The position numbers and the translations under genes are program-made. A stretch of DNA of 24,000 nt, taken from contig JACRFJ010000001.1 in assembly GCA_016217935.1 (NCBI GenBank), positions 1 to 24,000 of the forward strand, given 5' to 3'. Below are positions 14,478 through 22,031 of this stretch, in pieces (positions within the stretch are counted from its first letter, which is position 1; each line of letters opens with the position of its first letter). Below the pieces are notes generated by a model. The model had not been told where the DNA came from, searched no databases, and worked only from the letters and a program-made list of their open reading frames with translations. Origin of the DNA: Candidatus Kaiserbacteria bacterium (GTDB taxonomy: Bacteria > Patescibacteriota > Minisyncoccia > Phycocordibacterales > UBA2100).

Positions 14478-15918
14478 ATATGTACGAGAGCGTAGCATGT
14501 GCGCCGAGGGCAGCAAGGATAAGGAGGTACGGCTCCGAGGGAATGCGGTAGCGCGCGATCGATACAGGACCGGTGAGAGCCGCAAAATATGCAATGAGAA
14601 GGGCAAACAGTACCACGCGATAATCACGCCGCCCCCTCCACGTCGCCACAAGTGCAAAGAAAACCATAAGTGTCCAAAAGCCCATCTCAAGCCCAAGTGG
14701 TGCAACTACTTTGATTGCCCTCGTTGCCTCTCTCCAATCACCCGCACCAAGCTGCTTCAACGCATCAATGAGAACAAGCGCGGTAGGTGCGAAATACCCC
14801 TTGTTGTCGCGGACCTGCACAACCACCTGCTCGTATGCTGCGACCGAACTCCCAAGGAAATATGGCACCGTATTCACCGCGTGAAAGTATGCATAACGGA
14901 GGGGATCTTGCATGATGAGTTGCGCCGCGAGTTTACCCTCATAATTTTGAATGTCTTCTCCTTTGGGAGTCATCTCGTTCAGCTCTATCCAAATCTCAGA
15001 TGAGACTTTCTTGTATGCGGGATCTTCGCGATATCGGCTCGCGAGAATCGCGGGCACCGACCGATCTGTGTCCATTTCTTTCCACGCAAGAAAATCACGT
15101 GCATTGTAGTAGAGCAGATTCGATGCACCGACATGCGCGATTTCATAGGATCCGAATTTATGGTGATACCAGTAGAGCCAGGGTGCGAGGACGAAGATTG
15201 CGACGACAACGTACATGGCCACCGGAAGAGCATACTGTTTGAAATTGAATCGGAAATGTTTGAACTCAGCTGCAATAATCGCGAAAGCAATCATCGGCAC
15301 AAGGAATTGCGCAATCGGGCGAATCAAGGTGAGGAGACCAAGCGTGAGCCCGACCATGCCCCACCTGAGAAAACTACGTCTTGTTTCATAAAAGAGAGCG
15401 ACATAGATGACGATGACGAGAAGTGACGCGAATAATCCGTCTGAGAGAATCGTCGTATTCGCAAGCACAACGTTCGGATCAACCCCGAAGAGAAGTGCGG
15501 GGAGCGCCGACCAAACAGAGTTCAAGAACCTCCGCGTCATCGCATAGATGAGCGCAACGGCAACGAGTGCGAGCGCGATCTGGATGAGAACTACGAGCAC
15601 AAAGCTCGCGTGCTGATTCCCCATCGCAATTTTTCCCACAATAGCGAGGAAAAAAGAGTACCCCGGCGCCCAGTGTCTTTCTGGCTCACCTTGATTTCGC
15701 TCAAACGTGTGCCGCATGAGGAGCGAGTTCGCAAGCGTGGCGTACGTCTCTGAATCTCCTTTGAGGAGCGGGTACTGCGCTGCCTCTCGATTATTCGATG
15801 CGAGATGTGCTACGTACCCGTAGGACCCAATATGTGCGAGCAAAACAATCGCGAGGACTGCGACAAGATATGGACGTGCGGTAACGAATGAACGAATATT
15901 CACATTATTATGCGACAT
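14449..15918 (-). CDS. GT-C fold glycosyltransferase, family 39 / ArnT-PMT-like (polyprenyl-phosphate-sugar dependent)
   Basis: About 489 aa from ATG 15918 (MSHNNVNIRSF). It is polytopic, with a first-loop acidic motif LLKGDSETYATLANSLL (DExY-like) and many TM spans typical of PMT_2/ArnT. The ATG is embedded in the last codons of neuB (ATGTCGCATAA, 11-nt overlap). The track start 15972 would overlap neuB by 65 nt. Confidence 0.85.
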   Translation of the reverse strand: MSHNNVNIRSFVTARPYLVAVLAIVLLAHIGSYGYVAHLASNNREAAQYPLLKGDSETYATLANSLLMRHTFERNQGEPERHWAPGYSFFLAIVGKIAMGNQHASFVLVVLIQIALALVAVALIYAMTRRFLNSVWSALPALLFGVDPNVVLANTTILSDGLFASLLVIVIYVALFYETRRSFLRWGMVGLTLGLLTLIRPIAQFLVPMIAFAIIAAEFKHFRFNFKQYALPVAMYVVVAIFVLAPWLYWYHHKFGSYEIAHVGASNLLYYNARDFLAWKEMDTDRSVPAILASRYREDPAYKKVSSEIWIELNEMTPKGEDIQNYEGKLAAQLIMQDPLRYAYFHAVNTVPYFLGSSVAAYEQVVVQVRDNKGYFAPTALVLIDALKQLGAGDWREATRAIKVVAPLGLEMGFWTLMVFFALVATWRGRRDYRVVLFALLIAYFAALTGPVSIARYRIPSEPYLLILAALGAHATLSYIYERRHRHLT

Positions 15919-16933
15919 CGGTTTCGAGAATGAGTTCGTCTTCACCAATGTCTCGCACGGCACGTTTACCAACGATCACGCCGATCTTCTCAGGGCCGAG
16001 TCCCGTTCCCGGACGCTTGAGTGCAAGCATGGCCCTCGTAATGGTGTCGCCTTTTTTAATATCGCTATCAGCCATAATGCTCTGTCGTGCCCACTCTCGC
16101 GCCTTATCGAGACTATCCGCGCGCGCGTCAAATGAATCCTTGATCGAAGCCTCGATATCGCGCATTTGCTGCACCATAAGAATGAGTTCTTCCGGTGTGG
16201 TTGAGACAGGGCAATCAAAGGATCGCTCGTCTGTCTTATCAAATGATTGATGCTTCTCGATGAGAGCCGCCCCGAGTGCAACCGCGGCAAGTGGGATGTG
16301 CCAGCCGACCGTGTGATCAGAATAGCCAATGGGGTAGTCGAACATCTTTTTGTAACGAGCGATCATCGGAAGATCGTTCTTTTCTGGCTCAGTTGGATAC
16401 ACCGTATTACAGTGCAGTATGACGATCTCTGTGCAGCCACCGCGCTCCAGCGCCTTCACTGAGGCACGCATCTCTTCTTCTGTCTTATGGAGACCAAACG
16501 ATGCAATCACGGGCTTGCCGCGTGAACCGATATTTTCCAGAAATTCGAGGTTGAGCGACTCTCCTGAACCGATCTTGAAAAATGGAACGTTGAGTTTCTT
16601 GTCGAGAAACTCGAGGTCAACTTCGGTATGTGCTGTGATGAAGCATTCTATCCCCTTCGACCGAGCATACTCATACAGCTCGGTAAGTTCATCGTGTGAG
16701 AGCTCTTTGTATTTCAAACGATCGTACCAATATGGAGATACTTTTCTTGATACAAGTGCTTCGGTCGTCTGTGCCTGGAACTTGACCGCATCGCATTTCG
16801 CTTCGACTGCAGCGTCGACCTGCTTTTTCGCAAGCTCGAGCTGCCCCCAATTCGTAAGCCCTCCTTCAGAGACGATATACACAGGCTCACCGTCACCGAC
16901 GAGTCGACCATTGATTGAGATTTTCTTCGACAT
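15908..16933 (-). CDS. neuB: N-acetylneuraminate (nonulosonic acid) synthase, NeuB family, with C-terminal SAF domain
   Basis: 341 aa: VYIVSEGGLTNWGQLELAKKQVDAAVEAKCDAVKFQ, PFFKIGSGE, ILHCNTVYPT, GYSDHTVG, and the SAF-like tail GDTITRAMLALKRPGTGL. Confidence 0.9.
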   Translation of the reverse strand: MSKKISINGRLVGDGEPVYIVSEGGLTNWGQLELAKKQVDAAVEAKCDAVKFQAQTTEALVSRKVSPYWYDRLKYKELSHDELTELYEYARSKGIECFITAHTEVDLEFLDKKLNVPFFKIGSGESLNLEFLENIGSRGKPVIASFGLHKTEEEMRASVKALERGGCTEIVILHCNTVYPTEPEKNDLPMIARYKKMFDYPIGYSDHTVGWHIPLAAVALGAALIEKHQSFDKTDERSFDCPVSTTPEELILMVQQMRDIEASIKDSFDARADSLDKAREWARQSIMADSDIKKGDTITRAMLALKRPGTGLGPEKIGVIVGKRAVRDIGEDELILETDVA

Positions 16934-16986
16934 GCGGAAAGCGTATCAATTTCGAATCAAAATGCTACCCGAAGCAGACCGTATAA

Positions 16987-18147
16987 TTATGTCTTTTTCT
17001 TCTCCCAGACGACGCGCGGCATGATGATCTCGTCTTCGATATTGTCTTTGTGCTCAATGATCTTCGCCATCATGCTCTCGACGAGCACTTCGGAGAGTTT
17101 GTGCGGTTTGAGCCCAAGTTTGAGGAGCTCTTTGTGTACGGGCTTATAGTAGTGATCTTCGGCTTCTTTGCGTGGATTCTTGACATGCTTCACTTTCGCA
17201 TCGATTCCCATTTTTTTCGCCGCGTCGCGTACGATCTCCGCGAGCTCGTTGACGGAGAAGACTTCGGTGAATTGATTGAAAACGCGGAACTCCCCTTTCT
17301 TTGCAGGATTCTGCGTCGCGAGTTCGACACATCGCAGTGTGTCAACGATGTTGAGAAATCCGCGCTTTTGACCCCCTTTGCCATATGGCGTAATCGGCAG
17401 TCCAGCAACTGCCTGCACACAAAATCGATTCAGTGCAGTGCCAAAGATGTCGTCGTAGTGGAAGCTCGTTTGTAGTCCGGGCGCCATCTGTGTCTCTTCT
17501 GTCTCGATTCCGTAAACCACACCCTGGTTGAGATCGGTGACTCGCAGATTCCAGATACGGCATGCAAATTCGAGGTTCGCACTGTCGTGGACTTTGGAGA
17601 GATGGTAGAAGGATCCCGGTTTTTTCGGGAACAAGAGTCGGTCTTTCCTCCCTTTGTGTCTGATCGTAATCCATCCCTCCTCGATATCGATATTTGGCGT
17701 GCCGTATTCTCCCATCGTACCGAGCTTGATGAGGTGTGCGTTCGGAGAGGAGCGCTTCATCGAGAAAATCACATTCAGATTGCCGACAACGTTGTTGACC
17801 TGCGTCTCGACAGCACGCTCGTTACCGATCATCGAAAACGGCGCAGAGGGTTGCTCGCCGTAATGAATAATTGCGTCCGGTTTGAAATTTTCGAAGACGC
17901 GTGCGACAAATCGCTCGTGCACCAAATCTCCTACGAACATCTGGATTTTCTTTCCTGTGAGGCGCTTCCAAATGCGAATACGCTCCTGGAGCGACGGAAG
18001 TGGGATCAAAGGTGACGCGTCGACCTCGGCCTCCCATTTGCGCTTGTTGAAATTATCGACCACAGCCACTTCGTGACCTTTGCGAGAAAAATACATCGCC
18101 GTTGGCCAGCCGAGATATCCATCACCACCGAGAATGAGTACGCGCAT
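16987..18147 (-). CDS. sqdB: UDP-sulfoquinovose synthase (SQD1/SqdB/Agl3 family SDR)
   Basis: 386 aa, collinear with plant SQD1 as I recall it. Shared motifs: ILGGDGYLGWPTA, HYGEQPSAPFSM, KLGTMGEYGTPNIDIEEG, SFYHLSKVHDS (T..YHxxK catalytic set), TDLNQGVVYG, FGTALNRFCVQA, YGKGGQKRGFL, GEFRVFNQFTEVFSVNELA, EDHYY. Confidence 0.92.
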   Translation of the reverse strand: MRVLILGGDGYLGWPTAMYFSRKGHEVAVVDNFNKRKWEAEVDASPLIPLPSLQERIRIWKRLTGKKIQMFVGDLVHERFVARVFENFKPDAIIHYGEQPSAPFSMIGNERAVETQVNNVVGNLNVIFSMKRSSPNAHLIKLGTMGEYGTPNIDIEEGWITIRHKGRKDRLLFPKKPGSFYHLSKVHDSANLEFACRIWNLRVTDLNQGVVYGIETEETQMAPGLQTSFHYDDIFGTALNRFCVQAVAGLPITPYGKGGQKRGFLNIVDTLRCVELATQNPAKKGEFRVFNQFTEVFSVNELAEIVRDAAKKMGIDAKVKHVKNPRKEAEDHYYKPVHKELLKLGLKPHKLSEVLVESMMAKIIEHKDNIEDEIIMPRVVWEKKKT

Positions 18148-18148
18148 A

Positions 18149-18284
18149 CCCGGCTAGTACAATTTCGAATAATTACTGCCGCGATTCTTTCGTCTCGCCG
18201 TACAGAATATTGCTAAAAGCTGCGAATCAATCATACGAGGTCAAATGGTCATACGCCAAGGCAATTCGAAATTGTACTGCCGGG
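18149..18284. mobile_element. MITE-like 136-bp element: 22/21-nt terminal inverted repeats flanked by CATA direct repeats, inserted at the sqdB start codon
   Basis: Left arm CCCGGCTAGTACAATTTCGAAT (18149-18170). Right arm ATTCGAAATTGTACTGCCGGG (18264-18284). They are reverse complements apart from a 1-nt indel. CATA sits at 18145-18148 and again at 18285-18288. The left CATA contains the sqdB ATG (CAT on plus, 18145-18147). No transposase is present. Confidence 0.4.
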
Positions 18285-18326
18285 CATAGCGAGAGAACAC
18301 TATCAAAAAGGGAGGCAATTGCAATC

Positions 18327-19007
18327 CTACACCATCGTATGTAATCCGCACTCTTTGTTGGCATTACTCGCTCCCGCGAATCGTCCCGCGCGCTCGAATT
18401 TTCCCTGGCGGCCACCTCCACTTTGTCGCGCGCCTTGCGTGGTACACGGCTCACAGCCGAGCGATGCATAGCCTTTCTCGTAGAGCGGATGATACTCAAG
18501 ATTGTTTTCCTTTATGTAATTCCATACATCGTCGTGCGTCCAAAACGCAATCGGATTGATTTTTGCAATTTTACCTCGTTCGACAATCGGCGTATTCTTG
18601 CGAAATTCTGTTTCATCACGACGAAGACCCGTCACCCATGCATCATATTCAGCAAGGACATTATTGATTGCAGGGATTTTCATCTCGCAGCACTTGTACT
18701 GATCATCCTTGATGAACGCGTCGCCATAGTATTCCTCTATGCGCGCAATGTCGTTGGATGTCGGGCGAAGCCATCGGAAATTGAGTCCGCGACTTGCCAC
18801 CAACCTGTCTGCAAAATTGAGTGTTTCCTTGAATTCATACCCCGTATCGATTCCACAAATCTCTATATCCGGCTTCACCTGCACCGCGAGGTCAACAAGG
18901 ACGCGTGAATCCTTGCCGAACGAGCACGAGACGAACATCCGGGGATACTGCGCGAGCGCGAGCGCGATAATTGTTTTCGAGATGTCCGCTTTTTCTTGAA
19001 TCGTCAT
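18327..19007 (-). CDS. cysH: Sulfonucleotide (APS/PAPS) reductase, CysH family, Fe-S (APS-reductase) type
   Basis: 226 aa: SFGKDS (PP-loop variant), DTGYEFKET, WVTGLRRDE, INPIAFWTHDDVW, the Cys pair KCCEMK plus GCEPCT (the CC...CxxC cluster ligands typical of APS reductases), and the C-terminal catalytic KECGLH. Confidence 0.85.
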   Translation of the reverse strand: MTIQEKADISKTIIALALAQYPRMFVSCSFGKDSRVLVDLAVQVKPDIEICGIDTGYEFKETLNFADRLVASRGLNFRWLRPTSNDIARIEEYYGDAFIKDDQYKCCEMKIPAINNVLAEYDAWVTGLRRDETEFRKNTPIVERGKIAKINPIAFWTHDDVWNYIKENNLEYHPLYEKGYASLGCEPCTTQGARQSGGGRQGKFERAGRFAGASNANKECGLHTMV

Positions 19008-19089
19008 GATTGGGGGCTTTCAGAAGTAATGTGTCTGGTCACTCTAGCAGAGTGATTCTCGTGCACCAAGTGTATAACGCAGGAAACAA

Positions 19090-20022
19090 TTATTTTTTAA
19101 TCGACGCAAGGTATCGCACTGTCTTTTTAATCCCCTCATTGATCGAAAACTTCGGCTGCCACCTGAGCTCCTTCCGAGCTTTTGCGTTTGAGAGGTGGCT
19201 GCGCATGATTTCCCCACGAATTTTGGGCGCATGCTTCACGATCGCTTTTTTGCCCGCATGCTTCTCGATAGTCCGTATCATCTCATTCACGCTCGTTTCT
19301 TTCGATCCGCTCACGTTGACTACGAGATAATCCTTCTTTGCACGCTTGAGTGCGAGCACATTGGCATACGCGAGGTCCTCGACGTATACGAAATCGCGTG
19401 TTTGCGTGCCATCGCCGTTGATCGTAATCGGTTTGCCCGCAAGCACATTCTGAATGAAGACAGTCACTGCACCGACGTGTTTTTTGCGTTCGTTGCGGGG
19501 ACCATACACATTACTATAGCGAAGTATCACCACGGGAAGTGCATGCACTTTGTGGTAGTAGTAGAGGTATCGCTCGCCTGCCAGCTTCCCGATACCATAT
19601 GGAGAGATCGGTTGCGTCGGCGCATTTTCTTTGACAGGAACACTCTCAGGATCGCCGTAGAGTGCGCCACCCGTTGACGAGAATATAAATTTCTTGATTT
19701 TGTATTTCTTTGTACACACTTCAAGAAGATGCACGAGACCCACGATATTGCTCTCGATATCTGCGAATGGATCGGTGAGCGACTCACGCATGTTGGTTTT
19801 TGCAGCCAAGTGACAGACAGCTTCAATCTTTTCCTTCTTGAATATGGTTTCAAGTTTTGGATCAGAGAGTGACATCCGATATACCTTCACGCCGGTGCGC
19901 ACATTCTTTTCGTGCCCCGATGAGACGTTGTCGAGTACGACGACTTTGTGACCTTCTCGCAAGAGCGCGTCAACAACATGTGAGCCAATAAAACCAGCTC
20001 CTCCTGTGACGAGAACTTTCAT
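19090..20022 (-). CDS. NAD-dependent epimerase/dehydratase family SDR (UDP-glucose 4-epimerase-like)
   Basis: 310 aa: MKVLVTGGAGFIGSHVVDALL (GxxGxxG), FSSTGGALYG, SPYGIGKLAGE (YxxxK), LRYSNVYGPR, RDFVYVEDL. Substrate cannot be assigned from sequence alone. Confidence 0.85.
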   Translation of the reverse strand: MKVLVTGGAGFIGSHVVDALLREGHKVVVLDNVSSGHEKNVRTGVKVYRMSLSDPKLETIFKKEKIEAVCHLAAKTNMRESLTDPFADIESNIVGLVHLLEVCTKKYKIKKFIFSSTGGALYGDPESVPVKENAPTQPISPYGIGKLAGERYLYYYHKVHALPVVILRYSNVYGPRNERKKHVGAVTVFIQNVLAGKPITINGDGTQTRDFVYVEDLAYANVLALKRAKKDYLVVNVSGSKETSVNEMIRTIEKHAGKKAIVKHAPKIRGEIMRSHLSNAKARKELRWQPKFSINEGIKKTVRYLASIKK

Positions 20023-20025
20023 ACT

Positions 20026-20061
20026 AAAAGAATAGCAGAGCCGACCTGCCCCGTAGTCGGC
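20026..20061 (-). terminator. Weak terminator-like hairpin between neuC and the SDR gene
   Basis: Minus strand reads GCCGAC-TACGGGGCAG-GTCGGC (20040-20061), followed by TCTGCTATTCTTTTAG, which runs straight into the ATG at 20022. The stem is short and the loop is 10 nt. Confidence 0.3.
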
Positions 20062-20120
20062 GCGAAGCGTCGTGGTACTGGGGTGAATCCCGCCCCGCCA
20101 GTCACTAATACGCGCATAAT

Positions 20121-21269
20121 TTAGAATGTTATTTTCTTTTTGAGTAATGGGGTTCCAAGTTCTGTTGTCTTCAACACGCGCGCGATTTTTACTCCCGCAT
20201 TTCCCTTTCCGAATACGGAATGATTCTTGATGTACCTCTTGAACGCGGGCGAGGTCGCGCGCCTGATAGCCGCAAGAATCTTCTGAACGGTCGGTTTCTG
20301 GATTGCGATCACGTTTGTATCGCGAATTCTCCCATCCTGTCGTCGACCAACCGTGATGGCGGGGAGGTTGAAGTACGGCGTTTCCATGAGTCCGCTCGAG
20401 GAATTGCCAATCATAAAAGACGCCCCTGCCATGAGCCCCCAGAAGTCCTGCGCTTCGATGTTTTTATGCACACTAAACTGAGGCACGTGTTTGAATTCGC
20501 CGAGCGCCTTCAGCACAAGCGAGTACCCCTGATCGCTGCACGGCCATACGACAATCGATCGGATGCTCGCGCGCTTCAGAGCTTCATAGACTGTTTTTGC
20601 CTCTTGGTAGGAATTCGCTTCTTCGAGAGTCGACGGGTGTTGAATGCAGATCGCGTACGACTCATTCGCCCGGATGCCATATTTTCTTCGAGCAACACTA
20701 TTTCGCGTGTACTTCTTTTTCACGATGAGATCGATGTAGGTCGATCCGAAATCAAATACACGCCTCTTCTCTTCGCCGAGCCTCAAAATGCGTTTGTATG
20801 AATCTTTGCTCGATGGGAAGTGCAGGTGTGACAGCTTGGTGATCGCGTGAATACGTACACCATCACGATTGCCTGCAACATCGCCACCGAGGATATGCGC
20901 GACGGGGATATTGAGTTCGAGCGCTGCATTTGCTGCTGCTAAAACTTCGCCACGATCTCCGATCGTGACCAAAACGTCTGGTTTTATTTTTGAAAGCAGC
21001 GCGGTCATACCGCTCATCGTGCGTGCAAGGGTATGAGCGCGCTCGATACTCGAATCTCCTTTTTGGCCAGTCGGCACTTTATGAATTCTCTTGAACCATT
21101 TTTGCACTTCCTTCACCGTCTCTCCGAAAAAAGGATTCAGGTGCATGTCGGTCGTAATGAGCTCGAGCCGCATGCTTGGATCGCGCTCGATTGCTTGACA
21201 GAGGGTAATGAGTGCACCAAAGCCGCCGCGCTTTCCGGTGAGTACTGCAATCGTCCGCTTTTTATTCAT
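20121..21269 (-). CDS. neuC: UDP-N-acetylglucosamine 2-epimerase (hydrolysing), NeuC family
   Basis: Contains IAVLTGKRGGFGAL, ELITTDMHLNPFFGETVKEV, PDVLVTIGDRGEVLAAANAALELNIPVAHILGGDV, IHAITKLSHLHFPSS, LGEEKRRVF and GNSSSGLMETP. The start is placed at ATG 21269 (MNKKRTIAV); the track start 21308 adds a basic 13-aa extension. Confidence 0.88.
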   Translation of the reverse strand: MNKKRTIAVLTGKRGGFGALITLCQAIERDPSMRLELITTDMHLNPFFGETVKEVQKWFKRIHKVPTGQKGDSSIERAHTLARTMSGMTALLSKIKPDVLVTIGDRGEVLAAANAALELNIPVAHILGGDVAGNRDGVRIHAITKLSHLHFPSSKDSYKRILRLGEEKRRVFDFGSTYIDLIVKKKYTRNSVARRKYGIRANESYAICIQHPSTLEEANSYQEAKTVYEALKRASIRSIVVWPCSDQGYSLVLKALGEFKHVPQFSVHKNIEAQDFWGLMAGASFMIGNSSSGLMETPYFNLPAITVGRRQDGRIRDTNVIAIQKPTVQKILAAIRRATSPAFKRYIKNHSVFGKGNAGVKIARVLKTTELGTPLLKKKITF

Positions 21270-21317
21270 AGGTTGATTGATACTATGCTCTCGCTTTCTT
21301 TTCCGCAACGAAATTGT

Positions 21318-21341
21318 GGGCGCAGTCGCTAGACTGCGCCC
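21318..21341 (-). terminator. Very stable GC hairpin 12 nt after the stop of the 21354..21971 gene (terminator-like, weak U tail)
   Basis: GGGCGCAGTC-(4 nt)-GACTGCGCCC is a 10-bp perfect stem. The minus-strand tail is ACAATTTCGTTGCGG. Confidence 0.4.
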
Positions 21342-21353
21342 CCTTCGCAGTGA

Positions 21354-21971
21354 TCATCCGCCGAGGAATCTCTCGACATTTTGCTTGTCTCGCTCAATGC
21401 ACGCGGCACCCTCTGCCTTGAGCTTCTGGAACACAGGATTTTCCTCTGCCCGAGCCCAGAGCTCGCGCACGAGGTCGTGATCACCTCCGATCCGCATGTG
21501 GATGCGGACCTGGTGGATCATGCAATTCATGCCGACGCGCTGCGCCCGCTCCTTGGTGAACTTGTCCACCGCATGCTCTGCGATCTCCTCTGCATCCCGC
21601 AGAGTCTGCGTGGAGAGCGTGAGGGCGCTCTCGAACATCTCGATTTCCGGCAGGATCAAGCCGGAGATGTTCATATCCGCGTGGAGCATTCCCAACGGAT
21701 CACGCGCCAGTTCGGCTGAATCGCGGGACTGATACGCCAGCTCCATCGAACGATCGAGTAGTTCGCGCGGCCGATCCAGGTGATCCTGCCACTGACGAAA
21801 CCCTGCCATGTGGAGCTCGTAGTAGACGCGGCTCCGGACTTGATGCCCATGCGGCGTCTGGTCGGCGTGAACGCGTGCAAGCAGCTCATCTGCAAGCCTC
21901 TGCATACCGCGATACTCTCTGTCGCGGCGACTCAATTCGATCGCACGCAGGTCGACATCATATGCAGCCAT
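21354..21971 (-). CDS. Orphan hypothetical protein (predicted all-helical), higher-GC insert between neuA and neuC
   Basis: 205 aa from ATG 21971 (MAAYDVDLRAIEL...). A perfect SD GGAGGAG (21984-21978) lies 6 nt upstream. The track start 22007 is a TTG without an SD. Hand GC counts on nine 60-nt lines are 57-63 percent, versus about 43-55 percent in neuA and neuC. I recognise no motif. Confidence 0.7.
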   Translation of the reverse strand: MAAYDVDLRAIELSRRDREYRGMQRLADELLARVHADQTPHGHQVRSRVYYELHMAGFRQWQDHLDRPRELLDRSMELAYQSRDSAELARDPLGMLHADMNISGLILPEIEMFESALTLSTQTLRDAEEIAEHAVDKFTKERAQRVGMNCMIHQVRIHMRIGGDHDLVRELWARAEENPVFQKLKAEGAACIERDKQNVERFLGG

Positions 21972-22031
21972 TGCGCACTCCTCCGGAAATCTCCTTGTAC
22001 TGTACAATATTCCTTACCTTAGTCAAATGGC

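Noticed and set aside
14478-14705. N-terminal 76-aa extension of the GtrA ORF given by the track (start 14705)
   Set aside because: The extension is Arg/Leu/Ser-rich, lies entirely within the 3' end of the GT39 gene in another frame, and is absent from GtrA-family proteins. ATG 14477 gives a typical 147-aa GtrA.
13502-15003. Long plus-strand ORFs 13502..14137 (211 aa) and 14392..15003 (203 aa)
   Set aside because: They are antisense to the DUF218-like, GtrA and GT39 genes, which have family-typical motifs. The plus-strand products are Arg/Cys-rich nonsense.
18327-19007. PAPS-reductase-like gene as a DndC or defence-type or phage-type ATP-pyrophosphatase
   Set aside because: It carries the full assimilatory CysH signature, including the C-terminal ECGLH catalytic motif and the APS-reductase Fe-S cysteines, and it sits next to a sulfite-consuming enzyme.
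19039-19055. Hairpin TCACTCT-AGC-AGAGTGA between the SDR gene and cysH as a terminator
   Set aside because: There is no U-rich tail on either strand and the loop is only 3 nt. It may be incidental or a minor RNA structure.
20080-20100. tRNA-like 3' end GGGGTGAATCCCGCCCCGCCA in the neuC-SDR spacer (possible tRNA fragment or att site)
   Set aside because: No complementary T-stem halves or acceptor stem can be drawn, and there is no D or anticodon arm upstream. It is most likely fortuitous.
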